Made by a program: the position numbers and the translations under genes
The notes under the pieces: model-generated
Databases searched by the model: none
Told to the model about the DNA's origin: nothing
What the model saw: the letters and a program-made list of their open reading frames with translations, nothing else
Source of the DNA: an uncultured Lachnospiraceae bacterium
GTDB taxonomy: Bacteria; Bacillota; Clostridia; Lachnospirales; Lachnospiraceae
NCBI GenBank assembly: GCA_964544055.1
Contig: CAZJAA010000009.1
Location: 5,459-69,458 of the forward strand
DNA: 64,000 bases
Reading direction: 5' to 3'
Shown: piece after piece, positions 38,587 to 49,959 of the stretch
How positions within the stretch are numbered: position 1 is the stretch's first letter
Layout of the letters: every line of letters starts with the position of its first letter

Positions 38587-38844
38587 TTAAAAATGATGTT
38601 TGATGTAATCCTGTAATAATTCTTCGATGATTTCGTCGCGCTCCACCTTCATAATCAGACTTCTGGCTCCATTATGGCTGGTAATATAGGTTGGATCACC
38701 GGACATAACATAGCCAACAATCTGACTGATTGGATTATAGCCCTGCTCGGTCAGTGCCTCATACACACTGTCAATCACGTCCTGTACAACCGGCTGGACT
38801 TCTTTTGGTACTCTGAAATACTGTGTTTTATTAATTTCGTTCAT
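38587..38844 (-). CDS. IreB-family regulatory phosphoprotein (UPF0297 / YrzL)
   Basis: The sequence reads [12 protein letters not shown]...[39 protein letters not shown] moved the start to ATG 38844, which follows GGAGGATTAT. The track start at 38901 is an over-extension. Confidence 0.75.
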   Translation of the reverse strand: MNEINKTQYFRVPKEVQPVVQDVIDSVYEALTEQGYNPISQIVGYVMSGDPTYITSHNGARSLIMKVERDEIIEELLQDYIKHHF

Positions 38845-38955
38845 ATAATCCTCCATAATGATATATATTAATATACAATTTCCAAAAAGTAAAGTAGGCA
38901 ATCAAAAAAACTATTTCAGATTTTTTTATTACTGCTCCCAAAAGCCTCGTTCCAA

Positions 38956-40284
38956 TCACAATTCTCCCAGCATTGTTTCTTGTTCTTTCGCTTTTTTTAC
39001 AATTTTCACCTGAATGAGTTGATTGGAAAGATTCTGTTCCGTCTTTACGGCAACCCTGACATAACGTTCGGTATATCCTGTCTGACATACTTCTCCATCC
39101 ACCATGCTGTTTTCTTCAAAGAGCACCAGTTCTTCTTTTCCTTTCAGGCATTCCCGGTATTCTTCTCCAAGAGCCGCCTCCAATGCCATCAGACGTTCAC
39201 TTCGCTTTGTTTTTACCGTTTCGTCCACCTGACCGGACATTTTATCTGCCACAGTACCCTTTCTTCGTGAAAATTTAAAGACATGTATTTTGGAAAATCC
39301 AATCTGTTTTGCAAATTCCAGAGTTTCCTGAAATTCTTCCTCTGTTTCCTGCGGAAATCCAACAATAATGTCTGTAGTAATTGCCGGTCTGTCATAATAT
39401 TTTTTTAAAATTTCCACACTTTCGGCATATTCCTTCGTGGTATATTTCCGGTTCATCCGTTTCAGCACGGTATCGCTGCCGCTTTGCAGGGAAAGATGAA
39501 AATGTGGGCACACTTTTTCACAGCCACATAAAGTCTTGACAAAATTTTCCGTAATAATACGCGGTTCCAGCGAACCAAGACGAATTCTTTTGATTCCTTC
39601 TATTTCATTCAGGCTGTGGATTAACGCAAGCAATGGCTGGGTTCCTTTTTCTGCCGGCTGCCCATACGAAGAAAGATGAATTCCCGTCAGCACCACCTCC
39701 TGATAGTCGAAGGAAGCGAGCCGTTTTACCTCGTCAACGACATTCTGCGGATTTCTGGAACGTATTCGCCCTCTGGCATACGGAATAATACAGTAGCTGC
39801 AAAACTGATTGCATCCATCCTGAATTTTAATATAGGCTCTGGTGTGCTCCACCTGGGTGGTCAGGTTTAAATCTTCATATTCGGTTTCCCTGGCAATTTC
39901 CAGACGCTTATTTTCCACACCCGCCATATAATTTTGCAAAATTTCCACAATATCTTTTTTTTGGTTGTTGCCAATCACAACATCGACACCGGTTTCCTTC
40001 ATGGCAACTTCCTCTGCCGTCTGGGCATAGCAGCCAGCTGCAACTACTATAGCCTCCGGGTTATTCTTTTTTGCCCGGTGCAGCATCTGTCGGGATTTCC
40101 GGTCTGCCATGTTTGTTACGGAGCAGGTATTTACAACATAAATATCGGCAACCTCATGAAATTCCACAATACTTGCTCCGGCTGCCAGAAGCAGTTCCTG
40201 CATTGCTTCTGTTTCGTATGAATTTACTTTGCAGCCAAGTGTCAAAAAGGCGACCCTTCTATTAAAAATCTCTTTATTTTCCAT
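38956..40284 (-). CDS. mtaB: Radical-SAM tRNA methylthiotransferase, MtaB-type (ms2t6A)
   Basis: It has a UPF0004 N-terminus (VAFLTLGCKVNSYE), the radical-SAM CxxxCxxC motif (GCNQFCSYCIIP) and a TRAM-like C-terminus. The synteny resembles B. subtilis yqeV. Confidence 0.7.
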   Translation of the reverse strand: MENKEIFNRRVAFLTLGCKVNSYETEAMQELLLAAGASIVEFHEVADIYVVNTCSVTNMADRKSRQMLHRAKKNNPEAIVVAAGCYAQTAEEVAMKETGVDVVIGNNQKKDIVEILQNYMAGVENKRLEIARETEYEDLNLTTQVEHTRAYIKIQDGCNQFCSYCIIPYARGRIRSRNPQNVVDEVKRLASFDYQEVVLTGIHLSSYGQPAEKGTQPLLALIHSLNEIEGIKRIRLGSLEPRIITENFVKTLCGCEKVCPHFHLSLQSGSDTVLKRMNRKYTTKEYAESVEILKKYYDRPAITTDIIVGFPQETEEEFQETLEFAKQIGFSKIHVFKFSRRKGTVADKMSGQVDETVKTKRSERLMALEAALGEEYRECLKGKEELVLFEENSMVDGEVCQTGYTERYVRVAVKTEQNLSNQLIQVKIVKKAKEQETMLGEL

Positions 40285-40419
40285 TTACATTCTCCAAACA
40301 CAACACATTTTCACACATTTACATAAAATTCTTCTTTATTTTTTATCTACTTTGCATATTGATTTTTGCACAAAAAAGAAGTAGTATAGAGATAGAATTT
40401 ATGCAAGGAGGTAATTACT

Positions 40420-40650
40420 ATGACAACAGTTAATATTTGTTTAGATTCTATCGATAAGGTAAAATCTTTCGTTAACGAAATTACAAAGTTCGATTCCGAC
40501 TTTGATTTAATCTCCGGAAGATACGTTATCGATGCAAAATCTATCATGGGTATTTTCAGTCTTGACTTATCCAAGCCAATCGAACTGAGCATCCACAATG
40601 ACAATGCTGATGACATTCTTGCTACATTAGCACCATACATCGTAAAATAA
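40420..40650 (+). CDS. HPr-fold small protein (clostridial 76-aa HPr-family type lacking the canonical His15 context)
   Basis: The sequence reads MTTVNICLDSIDKVKSFVNEITKFDSDFDLISGRYVIDAKSIMGIFSLDLSKPIELSI. The block GRYVIDAKSIMGI resembles the HPr Ser46 region. A GGAGG RBS lies upstream. Confidence 0.55.
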   Translation: MTTVNICLDSIDKVKSFVNEITKFDSDFDLISGRYVIDAKSIMGIFSLDLSKPIELSIHNDNADDILATLAPYIVK

Positions 40651-40693
40651 TTACATACGATGAACAATCGGTTAAGGGAATACGTTACATGGG

Positions 40694-40726
40694 GAGGATA
40701 CAAAACTGTATCCTCTTTCTTTTTTT
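40694..40726. terminator. Terminator between the convergent HPr-like gene and thiI
   Basis: GAGGATACA-AAAC-TGTATCCTC is followed by TTTCTTTTTTT. Confidence 0.7.
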
Positions 40727-40784
40727 GCCGTATACAAGAGAAATCGCCTTTTCTGCCTTTCTCCTGCACGCTTTTCTTCGCTGC

Positions 40785-41966
40785 TTACCCTACCTGTACA
40801 ACTTCTACGGTATCCAGTGCTTCTTTTACCATTTCTTCTATTTTTTCTTCCAGATGTGTTTCCGACTGTTCAATAACAGACAAAATCGGATGCGTTACCG
40901 GATGCTTGGCAACAAAAATGGTACAACAGTCCTCATAAGGAAGAATGGATGTTTCATAGGTTTTAATTTTTTCGGAAATTGTTACAATATCCTGCTTGTC
41001 AAATGCAATCAGCGGACGATATACCGGAAGAGTACATACGGCATTCGTTGCCACAAGACTCTGCATTGTCTGACTTGCCACCTGACCAATACTTTCTCCC
41101 GTAACCAGTCCGAGACATTTGCTGTCCTTTGCAAGCTTTTCTGCAATACGCATCATATAGCGGCGCATAATAATTGTAAGCTGCTCGTGTGGGCACTGCT
41201 CATAAATATAAAGCTGGATATCGGTAAAATTCACTATGTTTAAGCGGATTGGACCGGTATAAGCACTGATGATTTTCGCCAGGTCGATTACCTTCTGCTT
41301 TGCTCTCTCACTGGTATATGGCGGTGCATGGAAATATGTTGCTTCTAATGCAACACCACGCTTTGCAATCATATAGCCTGCCACCGGACTGTCAATACCG
41401 CCGGAAAGCAGCAGCATTCCCTTGCCGCCGGAGCCAATCGGCATACCGCCCGGACCCGGAATAATATGGGAATAAATATAGGATTTATTGCGTACTTCCA
41501 CCCATATGCGCACCTGCGGCTCATGGACATCTACCTTAATGCCCTCATCCTTGAAACGGTACAACACTGACTCTCCGAGTCGGCGACACATTTCCGGAGA
41601 AGTAATCGGATAACGCTTGTCCGCACGCTTCGCCTCCACTTTAAAGGTAAACCTTTTATCCTTGTAAAATTCATTTATATATTTTAACGCTTCTTCTGTA
41701 ATTACATCCCAGTCAGTGCTGTTTACCACAACTACCGGACAGATGCCTGCCACACCAAACACCTTCTGCAGTTCTTCGATGGTTTCTTCATAATCGTATT
41801 CGTCCGGACAGGACACAAAAATTCTTCCCTGTTCTCTGGAAACCTCAAAATTTCCAAGCTTGTCCAGATGATACTGCACCTGGTCACGCAAAATATTTTC
41901 AAACACATGACGGTTCTTGCCCTTTAAGCCGATTTCCGCATATTTAATCAAAAATGCTTTGTACAT
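40785..41966 (-). CDS. thiI: tRNA 4-thiouridine(8) synthase ThiI
   Basis: It has a THUMP N-terminal region and the PP-loop LLLSGGIDSPVAGYM, followed by GESIGQVASQT. The protein is 393 aa. Confidence 0.85.
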   Translation of the reverse strand: MYKAFLIKYAEIGLKGKNRHVFENILRDQVQYHLDKLGNFEVSREQGRIFVSCPDEYDYEETIEELQKVFGVAGICPVVVVNSTDWDVITEEALKYINEFYKDKRFTFKVEAKRADKRYPITSPEMCRRLGESVLYRFKDEGIKVDVHEPQVRIWVEVRNKSYIYSHIIPGPGGMPIGSGGKGMLLLSGGIDSPVAGYMIAKRGVALEATYFHAPPYTSERAKQKVIDLAKIISAYTGPIRLNIVNFTDIQLYIYEQCPHEQLTIIMRRYMMRIAEKLAKDSKCLGLVTGESIGQVASQTMQSLVATNAVCTLPVYRPLIAFDKQDIVTISEKIKTYETSILPYEDCCTIFVAKHPVTHPILSVIEQSETHLEEKIEEMVKEALDTVEVVQVG

Positions 41967-41975
41967 AATTCCTCC

Positions 41976-43139
41976 TTATTTTCTGAAAAAGCGTCGCAGA
42001 TTCGGAAGCAAAAGTTCCACACAGTCTGCTGCGTAATCAATTTCCTCCATTGTGGTTGCAACAGAAAAGCTGAACCGCAGTGTAGCATCCAGCAGTTCCT
42101 TTTTTACTCCGATGGCAACCAGTGTGCCGCTGATGTCCGGATGATTGGAAGAACACGCCGAGCCGGAGGACACATACACACCCTTTTCCTCCAGGGCATG
42201 AAGCAAAACCTCACTCCTGATACCGGCAAAACTGCCACTTAAAATATGCGGTGCCGTTGCCTGGATTCCCTCCTCCGGAATACCATTTATTGTAACTCCC
42301 TCCAGCTTTTCCAAACGCTCCGCCAAATGCTCCTTTAATGCAAATAAATGCTTCCGGTTTTCTGCCAAAGCTCCATACATATCCTTTGCTGCCTGAGAAA
42401 GTCCTGCAATGGCAGGCACATTTTCCGTGCCGGAGCGCATTCCCTTTTCCTGTCCACCTCCATAAAGAATCGGCTTAATCTTTGTTTTATTTTTGATATA
42501 TAAAAATCCACTACCCTTCGGACCATGAATTTTATGACCACTGACACTGAGCAAATCGATGCTTTCTTTTGCCGGCTGAATTTTAAACTTTCCGTATGCC
42601 TGAATAGCATCCACATGAAACAGCACCTTCGGATTTTTTTCTTTGATTCGTTTGGCAATTTCTGCCACCGGCTCCACACAGCCGATTTCATTATTCACAT
42701 ACATAACAGAAACCAGAATTGTTTCCTCTGTTACAGCTTCCACAAGCTCGTCTATTTTAACTCTGCCTGCTTCATCCACCGGAGCAAACGTAATTTTAAA
42801 GCCCTGCTCTTCTAAAAATAATAACGGCTGATAAACGGACGCATGCTCAATTCTTGTTGTAATAATATGTTTTCCGGTTCGCTGATTGGCAAGTGCCGTA
42901 CCAATCAATGCCATGTTATTGGATTCTGTGCCGCCGGACGTGAAAATAATCTCGGAAGGCTCACACTTTAACGTATCTGCAATCTGTTTCTTTGCCTCCC
43001 GGATATACTGCTCTGCCTCCATTCCTTTGGTATGCATGGAGGACGGATTTCCAAAATCCGTCAGAAATACCTGCTTCATTTTTTCCATGACTGCGTTACT
43101 CACTTTTGTGGTTGCCGCATTATCTAAATATGCTTCCAT
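41976..43139 (-). CDS. Cysteine desulfurase (NifS/IscS class, likely sulfur donor for ThiI)
   Basis: The PLP lysine context is LSVSGHKIHGPKG and the active-site Cys loop is SSGSACSS. I prefer ATG 43139, which follows GAGGAAAGTT, over ATG 43151. Confidence 0.85.
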   Translation of the reverse strand: MEAYLDNAATTKVSNAVMEKMKQVFLTDFGNPSSMHTKGMEAEQYIREAKKQIADTLKCEPSEIIFTSGGTESNNMALIGTALANQRTGKHIITTRIEHASVYQPLLFLEEQGFKITFAPVDEAGRVKIDELVEAVTEETILVSVMYVNNEIGCVEPVAEIAKRIKEKNPKVLFHVDAIQAYGKFKIQPAKESIDLLSVSGHKIHGPKGSGFLYIKNKTKIKPILYGGGQEKGMRSGTENVPAIAGLSQAAKDMYGALAENRKHLFALKEHLAERLEKLEGVTINGIPEEGIQATAPHILSGSFAGIRSEVLLHALEEKGVYVSSGSACSSNHPDISGTLVAIGVKKELLDATLRFSFSVATTMEEIDYAADCVELLLPNLRRFFRK

Positions 43140-43168
43140 AACTTTCCTCATCTTTGTTATTATGTAAC

Positions 43169-43374
43169 TAACTATTCAGCCATATATAAGCAAATACACA
43201 GGATGCAAGCTTGCTTGCATGACTGGGTACTTGCTTATATATGGGCGATTAGCAACACGCCGCACACATGAGTAAAATGATAAGCTGCTTTAGCAGCGGC
43301 TGACAGCGTAGCTGGCAGATTTTACGAATGTGAGTGGTGGGGGCTGAATAGTTACTCTCTCATTCTATTCAGCC
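43169..43374. other. Nested inverted-repeat element of about 205 nt (candidate structured RNA or MITE-like insertion)
   Basis: TAACTATTCAGCC (43169-81) is the exact reverse complement of GGCTGAATAGTTA (43342-54), and a third copy CTATTCAGCC lies at 43365-74. Two long internal hairpins are 43181-93/43231-43 and 43263-78/43319-36. Confidence 0.5.
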
Positions 43375-43384
43375 GGGCAAAAGG

Positions 43385-44131
43385 TCACCTGGCACACTCT
43401 ATTTCATACATCAAAACAGCCAGTGTCGTAAACCCTGCAGTTTCCGTGCGTAAAATCCGCTTTCCGAGAGAAACCGGAAGCAAACCGCACTCTCTGGCAA
43501 ACTCCACCTCTGCCTCATCAAAACCGCCTTCCGGTCCGATAAACACAGAAACCACCTGCTGCTTCGGTGCGTTCTGCACAGCTGCCTTTAAAGACTTCAT
43601 ACCTTCTGCTTTTTCATATGGAATCAATGCCATTCCCTCTGCCGCAGCCGTTTTTACCGCTTCCTTAAAGTGCATAACATTCGTTACACTTGGAATGATT
43701 CCTCTGCCGGACTGTTTTGCCGCACTTTCGGCTATTGCCTGCCAGCGTTCCAGCTTTTTTGTTTCTTTTTTTTCATCTTCCAGCTTGACAATACAGTATT
43801 TTGTCATTACCGGAATAATTTCCACTGCACCAAGCTCCACCGCTTTCTGGATAATCAGCTCCATTTTATCTTTTTTCGGCAGTCCCTGATACAGCTTGAT
43901 ACGCACCGGAAGCTCCGTAGTCGCTTTTTTTGCAGTCTCTGCATAAAGCTTCACCTCTTCGGGCAGAAATTCCTCAATTTTACATGCATATTCCATTCCG
44001 GTACCATCACAAACCGTCATTTCTTCACCAACGCGCATACGAAGCACGTTTTTGATGTGATTAACATCCGAGCCAGTAATCGTAATTTTTGTTCCGGTTA
44101 CCTGTTCGGGCTTACAATAAAAACAATGCAT
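43385..44131 (-). CDS. rsmE: 16S rRNA (uracil1498-N3)-methyltransferase RsmE
   Basis: It has a PUA-like N-terminus and a SPOUT C-terminus with VFIGPEGGFDEAEVEF and LGKRILRTETA. Confidence 0.85.
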   Translation of the reverse strand: MHCFYCKPEQVTGTKITITGSDVNHIKNVLRMRVGEEMTVCDGTGMEYACKIEEFLPEEVKLYAETAKKATTELPVRIKLYQGLPKKDKMELIIQKAVELGAVEIIPVMTKYCIVKLEDEKKETKKLERWQAIAESAAKQSGRGIIPSVTNVMHFKEAVKTAAAEGMALIPYEKAEGMKSLKAAVQNAPKQQVVSVFIGPEGGFDEAEVEFARECGLLPVSLGKRILRTETAGFTTLAVLMYEIECAR

Positions 44132-44178
44132 ACTTACTTTTTTTCCTCCGTCTGCGGATTTCCAGCACGAAAATATAT

Positions 44179-45429
44179 TTATCTGGCATCTTTTCTTTCT
44201 TTCATTGCTGCTTCGATGTCTTCTACCGTGCGTACAATATCTGCGGAAAGAACTTCACAGCCGTTTTCCGTAATCAATAAATCGTCCTCAATACGGATGC
44301 CGATTTCCTCTTCATCAATATAAAGCCCCGGCTCGTCGGTAATAATCATGCCCGGAGCAAGCTTTTCCAGTTCCGGAACCGTTACATCATGCACATCAAT
44401 ACCAAGATGATGAGACACACCGTGCATATAATATCTGCTTATTTCTTCTTCCTTTGTAATCAGACCAAGCTCCATTAAGCCCTCGGCAAGTACCTTCTTA
44501 CAACACTCATTTAATTCTTTTAACGTCATGCCCGGCTTGGCGGTTCGTGCTACTGTGCGGTTTGCCTTTAACACAAGATTATAAAACTGCTTCTGACGCT
44601 CGGTAAATGCTCCGCTTACCGGATAAGTTCTTGTAATATCGGCATTATAACCCTTTACTCTGGCACCAAGGTCTAATAAAATCAGCGTATTTTCCTTGCA
44701 TTCGTTACGGTTTGTTTCATAGTGAAGCATCGTGCCGTTAATGCCGGAGCCGGCAATCGTTGGAAATGCCATACCGTCCGCACCAAGTGCCTTTACTTTA
44801 TATTCAAATTCTGCCTGCACCTGATATTCCATCATGCCGGGCTGTAACGTAGCAAGCACATGATTTAACGCAGCTTCCGTTACTTTTATTGCTTCTTTCG
44901 TCACCTTAACTTCTTCCTCATCTTTTATCATTCGCAGAGCCGCCACTACCGGATAAATATTACCAACCATTGTGCCCAGATATGCTTTTGCAAACTCCTG
45001 TGCTTTTACCAGATTGAAATCCGGCAAATCGTTTTTCTGGTACCGATAAGTATCAAAATACACCTTGTTTGGCAGCTTGCGGTTCATAATTCTGTCCAGT
45101 GTAGCTTCCAGGCTGTCAATCATGGAAATATTTTCTATTCCACTGACTTCTTTTGCCTCCTCCTGTGTCATTTTTTTACCAACCCAACGCTCCACAGATT
45201 CATCAATCGGCTCAATAAATAATATTTCTTCAAGACTTTCTCCGCACTTGTCAATGATTAATGCCATGTTTTCCCTGCGGATGCCGGTCAGATAAAAGAA
45301 TTGACGGTTTGCCTCAAAATGCTGGTAGGCGTCTGCACTGATATGCAGTGCGTCACCGGAATAGAGCACCAGAATACTCTTATCTTCCATCTGATCATAT
45401 ACTTTTTTTCTTCTCTCTTTATAATTCAT
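44179..45429 (-). CDS. M24-family Xaa-Pro aminopeptidase/dipeptidase
   Basis: Motifs are LLDLGARVKGYNADITRT, HGVSHHLGIDVHD, EPGLY and IRIEDDLLIT. The protein is 416 aa. Confidence 0.8.
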   Translation of the reverse strand: MNYKERRKKVYDQMEDKSILVLYSGDALHISADAYQHFEANRQFFYLTGIRRENMALIIDKCGESLEEILFIEPIDESVERWVGKKMTQEEAKEVSGIENISMIDSLEATLDRIMNRKLPNKVYFDTYRYQKNDLPDFNLVKAQEFAKAYLGTMVGNIYPVVAALRMIKDEEEVKVTKEAIKVTEAALNHVLATLQPGMMEYQVQAEFEYKVKALGADGMAFPTIAGSGINGTMLHYETNRNECKENTLILLDLGARVKGYNADITRTYPVSGAFTERQKQFYNLVLKANRTVARTAKPGMTLKELNECCKKVLAEGLMELGLITKEEEISRYYMHGVSHHLGIDVHDVTVPELEKLAPGMIITDEPGLYIDEEEIGIRIEDDLLITENGCEVLSADIVRTVEDIEAAMKERKDAR

Positions 45430-45477
45430 GGAATAAATTCCTCTCTTTTCTTCATTTTTTTCAGAAAGTACAATTTT

Positions 45478-46503
45478 CTAACACTGCTTTTTTCTGGCAG
45501 CATAAGAAAACCAGTCACCCATCTGCGTGGTTTCGAGAACTTCAAGACCATTGGCAAGCAGTGCTTCCTTTACTGCCTCTGCCTTTGTATTGATAATTCC
45601 GGAGCTGATAAACACCGCACCCGGTTTCATAAATTCGTCCGCTATTTCCGAAAGCGAAATGATAACATCTGCTAAAATATTTGCTACCACAACATCATAA
45701 TTATTTCCAAGAATTACTCTGGATTCCGGCTCGGAAAGCACGTTGGAAAGATAAAAGCCACAGCCCTTTTCTGCCATTTCAAACACCGTGTAATCATTAT
45801 CCTCATCCATGCCCGGCTTTGTCAATGCTGTTGCTGCACAAATATCATTCTGGCAGGCATTTTCCCCGGAAACGGCAACTGCATTTTCATCAATATCGGT
45901 TCCCATAACAAAGGAAGCACCCAGTTTTCTTGCCGTAATAGACAGAATTCCACTGCCACAGCCAAGATCTAATACTTTGTCTCCCGGTTTGACATATTTT
46001 TTTAAATTTAAAATACAAAGCTTGGTCGTTTCGTGAGAGCCGGTGCCAAAAGCAGTGCCTGGATCAATTTCAATTACCATGTCGCCTTCCTTTGTTTCCT
46101 CCAACTGTTCCCACGTTGGCTTTATGACTATGGTGTCATCCACCCGGAATGGCTTAAAAAACGCTTTCCAGTTGTTAATCCAGTCAGCATCCTCTGTTTC
46201 AGAAATTGTAAAGCTTTTTGCTCCGGTATCCACAAAAGCAGACAATTCCTCCAACCCTGCCTTGATTTCCGAAATTTTAGTGTAAACATCCTCTTCGTCT
46301 TCCAGATAAAAGTTAACGATTGCCTTTCCCTCATCCGGCGGAAGCTCCGGGAGAAAATCAATAAACATTTTTTTCCGGTCTTCTTCTGAAATTTGCACAT
46401 TGTCTTCAATTTCTATGCCGTCAATCCCAAGCTCATTGAGCATATCACTGACTAAGTCCACCGCCTCTGTTGTTGTTTCCAATGCAATTTTTTTCCATTT
46501 CAT
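45478..46503 (-). CDS. prmA: Ribosomal protein L11 methyltransferase
   Basis: Motifs are IDPGTAFGTGSHETTKLC, VLDLGCGSGILSI and VVANILADV. Its position after dnaJ is conserved. It carries an insertion of about 30 aa relative to typical PrmA. Confidence 0.85.
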   Translation of the reverse strand: MKWKKIALETTTEAVDLVSDMLNELGIDGIEIEDNVQISEEDRKKMFIDFLPELPPDEGKAIVNFYLEDEEDVYTKISEIKAGLEELSAFVDTGAKSFTISETEDADWINNWKAFFKPFRVDDTIVIKPTWEQLEETKEGDMVIEIDPGTAFGTGSHETTKLCILNLKKYVKPGDKVLDLGCGSGILSITARKLGASFVMGTDIDENAVAVSGENACQNDICAATALTKPGMDEDNDYTVFEMAEKGCGFYLSNVLSEPESRVILGNNYDVVVANILADVIISLSEIADEFMKPGAVFISSGIINTKAEAVKEALLANGLEVLETTQMGDWFSYAARKKQC

Positions 46504-46621
46504 ACCTGTTTACCTGATTTTTATCCTTTCCAGAGTTTCTGTTCCCGTTGTTCTTCGGAGCAGACATTTTCAGCCCGCTTGGCAATTAAAATATAGAATT
46601 TTCCTGTTTCGGTTAAAACGC

Positions 46622-46658
46622 ACAAAAACAGACTAGCACCTTTTACTGTGCTACTCTG
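46622..46658 (-). terminator. Rho-independent terminator after dnaJ
   Basis: On the minus strand, CAGAGTAGCAC-AGTAAAAG-GTGCTAGTCTG is followed by TTTTTGTG. Confidence 0.65.
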
Positions 46659-46669
46659 CTTTGTTTAAC

Positions 46670-47857
46670 TTATTTGTCATCATCGACCAGATTGTCAAAA
46701 AATTCTTCCACTCTCTTTTTCATGCCTTTTTTTTCTGATTTTTTTTCAGAACCAGAAGAAGTTTTCTCGCCATTCATTACTTCATCCAGACGACGGATTG
46801 CTTCTTTTTGCTCACTGGTAAGCTTGGTCGGTACCTGCACCACTAAGGTTACATAATGATCTCCCCTGACATCTTTATTCCGGAGAGACGGAACACCCTT
46901 GCTGCGTAAACGTACTTTGGTACCGGTCTGTGTTCCAGGTGCAACTGTGTACATTACATCTCCATCTACCGTACTAATCCGCACATCTCCGCCCAGTGCT
47001 GCTGTTGTAAAGCTAAGCGGAGCATTGGAGAAAATATCGGCATCCTGACGCTGGAAAATCGGATGTGCACTTACTGCAACTTCTACCAACAAATCACCGC
47101 GCTCACCGCCACGTTCGCCCGGCTCACCTTTACCGCGGATACGAATACTCTGACCATGATCAATACCTGCCGGAATTGACACCTGTATTTTTTTGCGGGC
47201 AGTTTTATAGCCCACGCCACGGCAATCCGGACATTTTTCTTTTACAATTTTACCCATACCACGGCAGTCTGGACATGGCTGCAAGGTCTGGGAAATACCA
47301 AACAACGACTGCTGTGTATATGCAACCTGACCGCGTCCACCACACTTCTTACAGGTTTCTGCAGAAGTACCCGGCTTGGCACCGGAGCCGTGACAGGTAG
47401 TACATTCTTCCTTAAGATTTAAGTCCAGATCTTTTTCCGTACCGAAGACTGCCTCTTCAAAGGTAATACGGATTCCCGCACGGGTATTGGCACCCTTAAC
47501 CGGACCGTTATTGCTGCGGCGTCTTCCACCGCCTCCAAATAAATCTCCAAAAATATCTCCAAAGCTGCCAAACAGGTCACTCATGTCACCGGAGAATTCA
47601 AAGCCTCCGCCTCCCATGCCGCCCTGTTCAAAGGCTGCATGACCAAACTGGTCGTACTGGCGACGCTTTTCTGCATCACTCAGCACAGCATATGCTTCGG
47701 CTGCTTCTTTAAACTTGGCTTCTGCCTCTTTGTCTCCGGGATTGGCATCCGGATGATATTTCTTTGCAACTTTACGATATGCACTTTTTATTTCTGCATC
47801 AGAAGCACCTTTCGCAATGCCAAGGACCTCATAATAATCTCGTTTACTCTCTGCCAT
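46670..47857 (-). CDS. dnaJ: Molecular chaperone DnaJ
   Basis: It has a J-domain (DYYEVLGI...YHPD), a G/F-rich region and four CxxCxGxG zinc-finger repeats. Confidence 0.95.
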   Translation of the reverse strand: MAESKRDYYEVLGIAKGASDAEIKSAYRKVAKKYHPDANPGDKEAEAKFKEAAEAYAVLSDAEKRRQYDQFGHAAFEQGGMGGGGFEFSGDMSDLFGSFGDIFGDLFGGGGRRRSNNGPVKGANTRAGIRITFEEAVFGTEKDLDLNLKEECTTCHGSGAKPGTSAETCKKCGGRGQVAYTQQSLFGISQTLQPCPDCRGMGKIVKEKCPDCRGVGYKTARKKIQVSIPAGIDHGQSIRIRGKGEPGERGGERGDLLVEVAVSAHPIFQRQDADIFSNAPLSFTTAALGGDVRISTVDGDVMYTVAPGTQTGTKVRLRSKGVPSLRNKDVRGDHYVTLVVQVPTKLTSEQKEAIRRLDEVMNGEKTSSGSEKKSEKKGMKKRVEEFFDNLVDDDK

Positions 47858-47921
47858 ATTATCACCTAAGTTTCATCAGCTTTTACAAATCATTTTCGAT
47901 TTGCCATATATAATGCAATAG

Positions 47922-47955
47922 AATGACATCTGTGGAATCCTCCACAGATGTCATT
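47922..47955 (-). other. Perfect 15-bp hairpin in the dnaK-dnaJ spacer, with no U-tract
   Basis: AATGACATCTGTGGA-ATCC-TCCACAGATGTCATT. The flanks are not T-rich on either strand, so it is not a canonical terminator. Confidence 0.5.
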
Positions 47956-48048
47956 ACTATTTATACCATAATTACGCATGAATTGCAAGAATTCGTTCTT
48001 TCGGAATGCAATATTCTTATTTTTCCGTGCGTAATCAAATTTTAACTA

Positions 48049-49932
<1,884 letters not shown>

Positions 49933-49959
49933 TCAGATCTCCTTTCTATCTTTGAAAAC

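Noticed and set aside
40347-40769. 140-aa minus-strand ORF across the HPr-like gene
   Set aside because: It is antisense to a well-supported small gene that has its own RBS and terminator. It has no recognisable motifs and odd composition.
43169-43374. 6S RNA, SRP RNA or T-box identity for the structured spacer
   Set aside because: 6S RNA is a single long irregular hairpin with a central bubble, whereas this is a three-way junction. No SRP domain IV motif and no T-box core are present on either strand. The element is therefore left unassigned.
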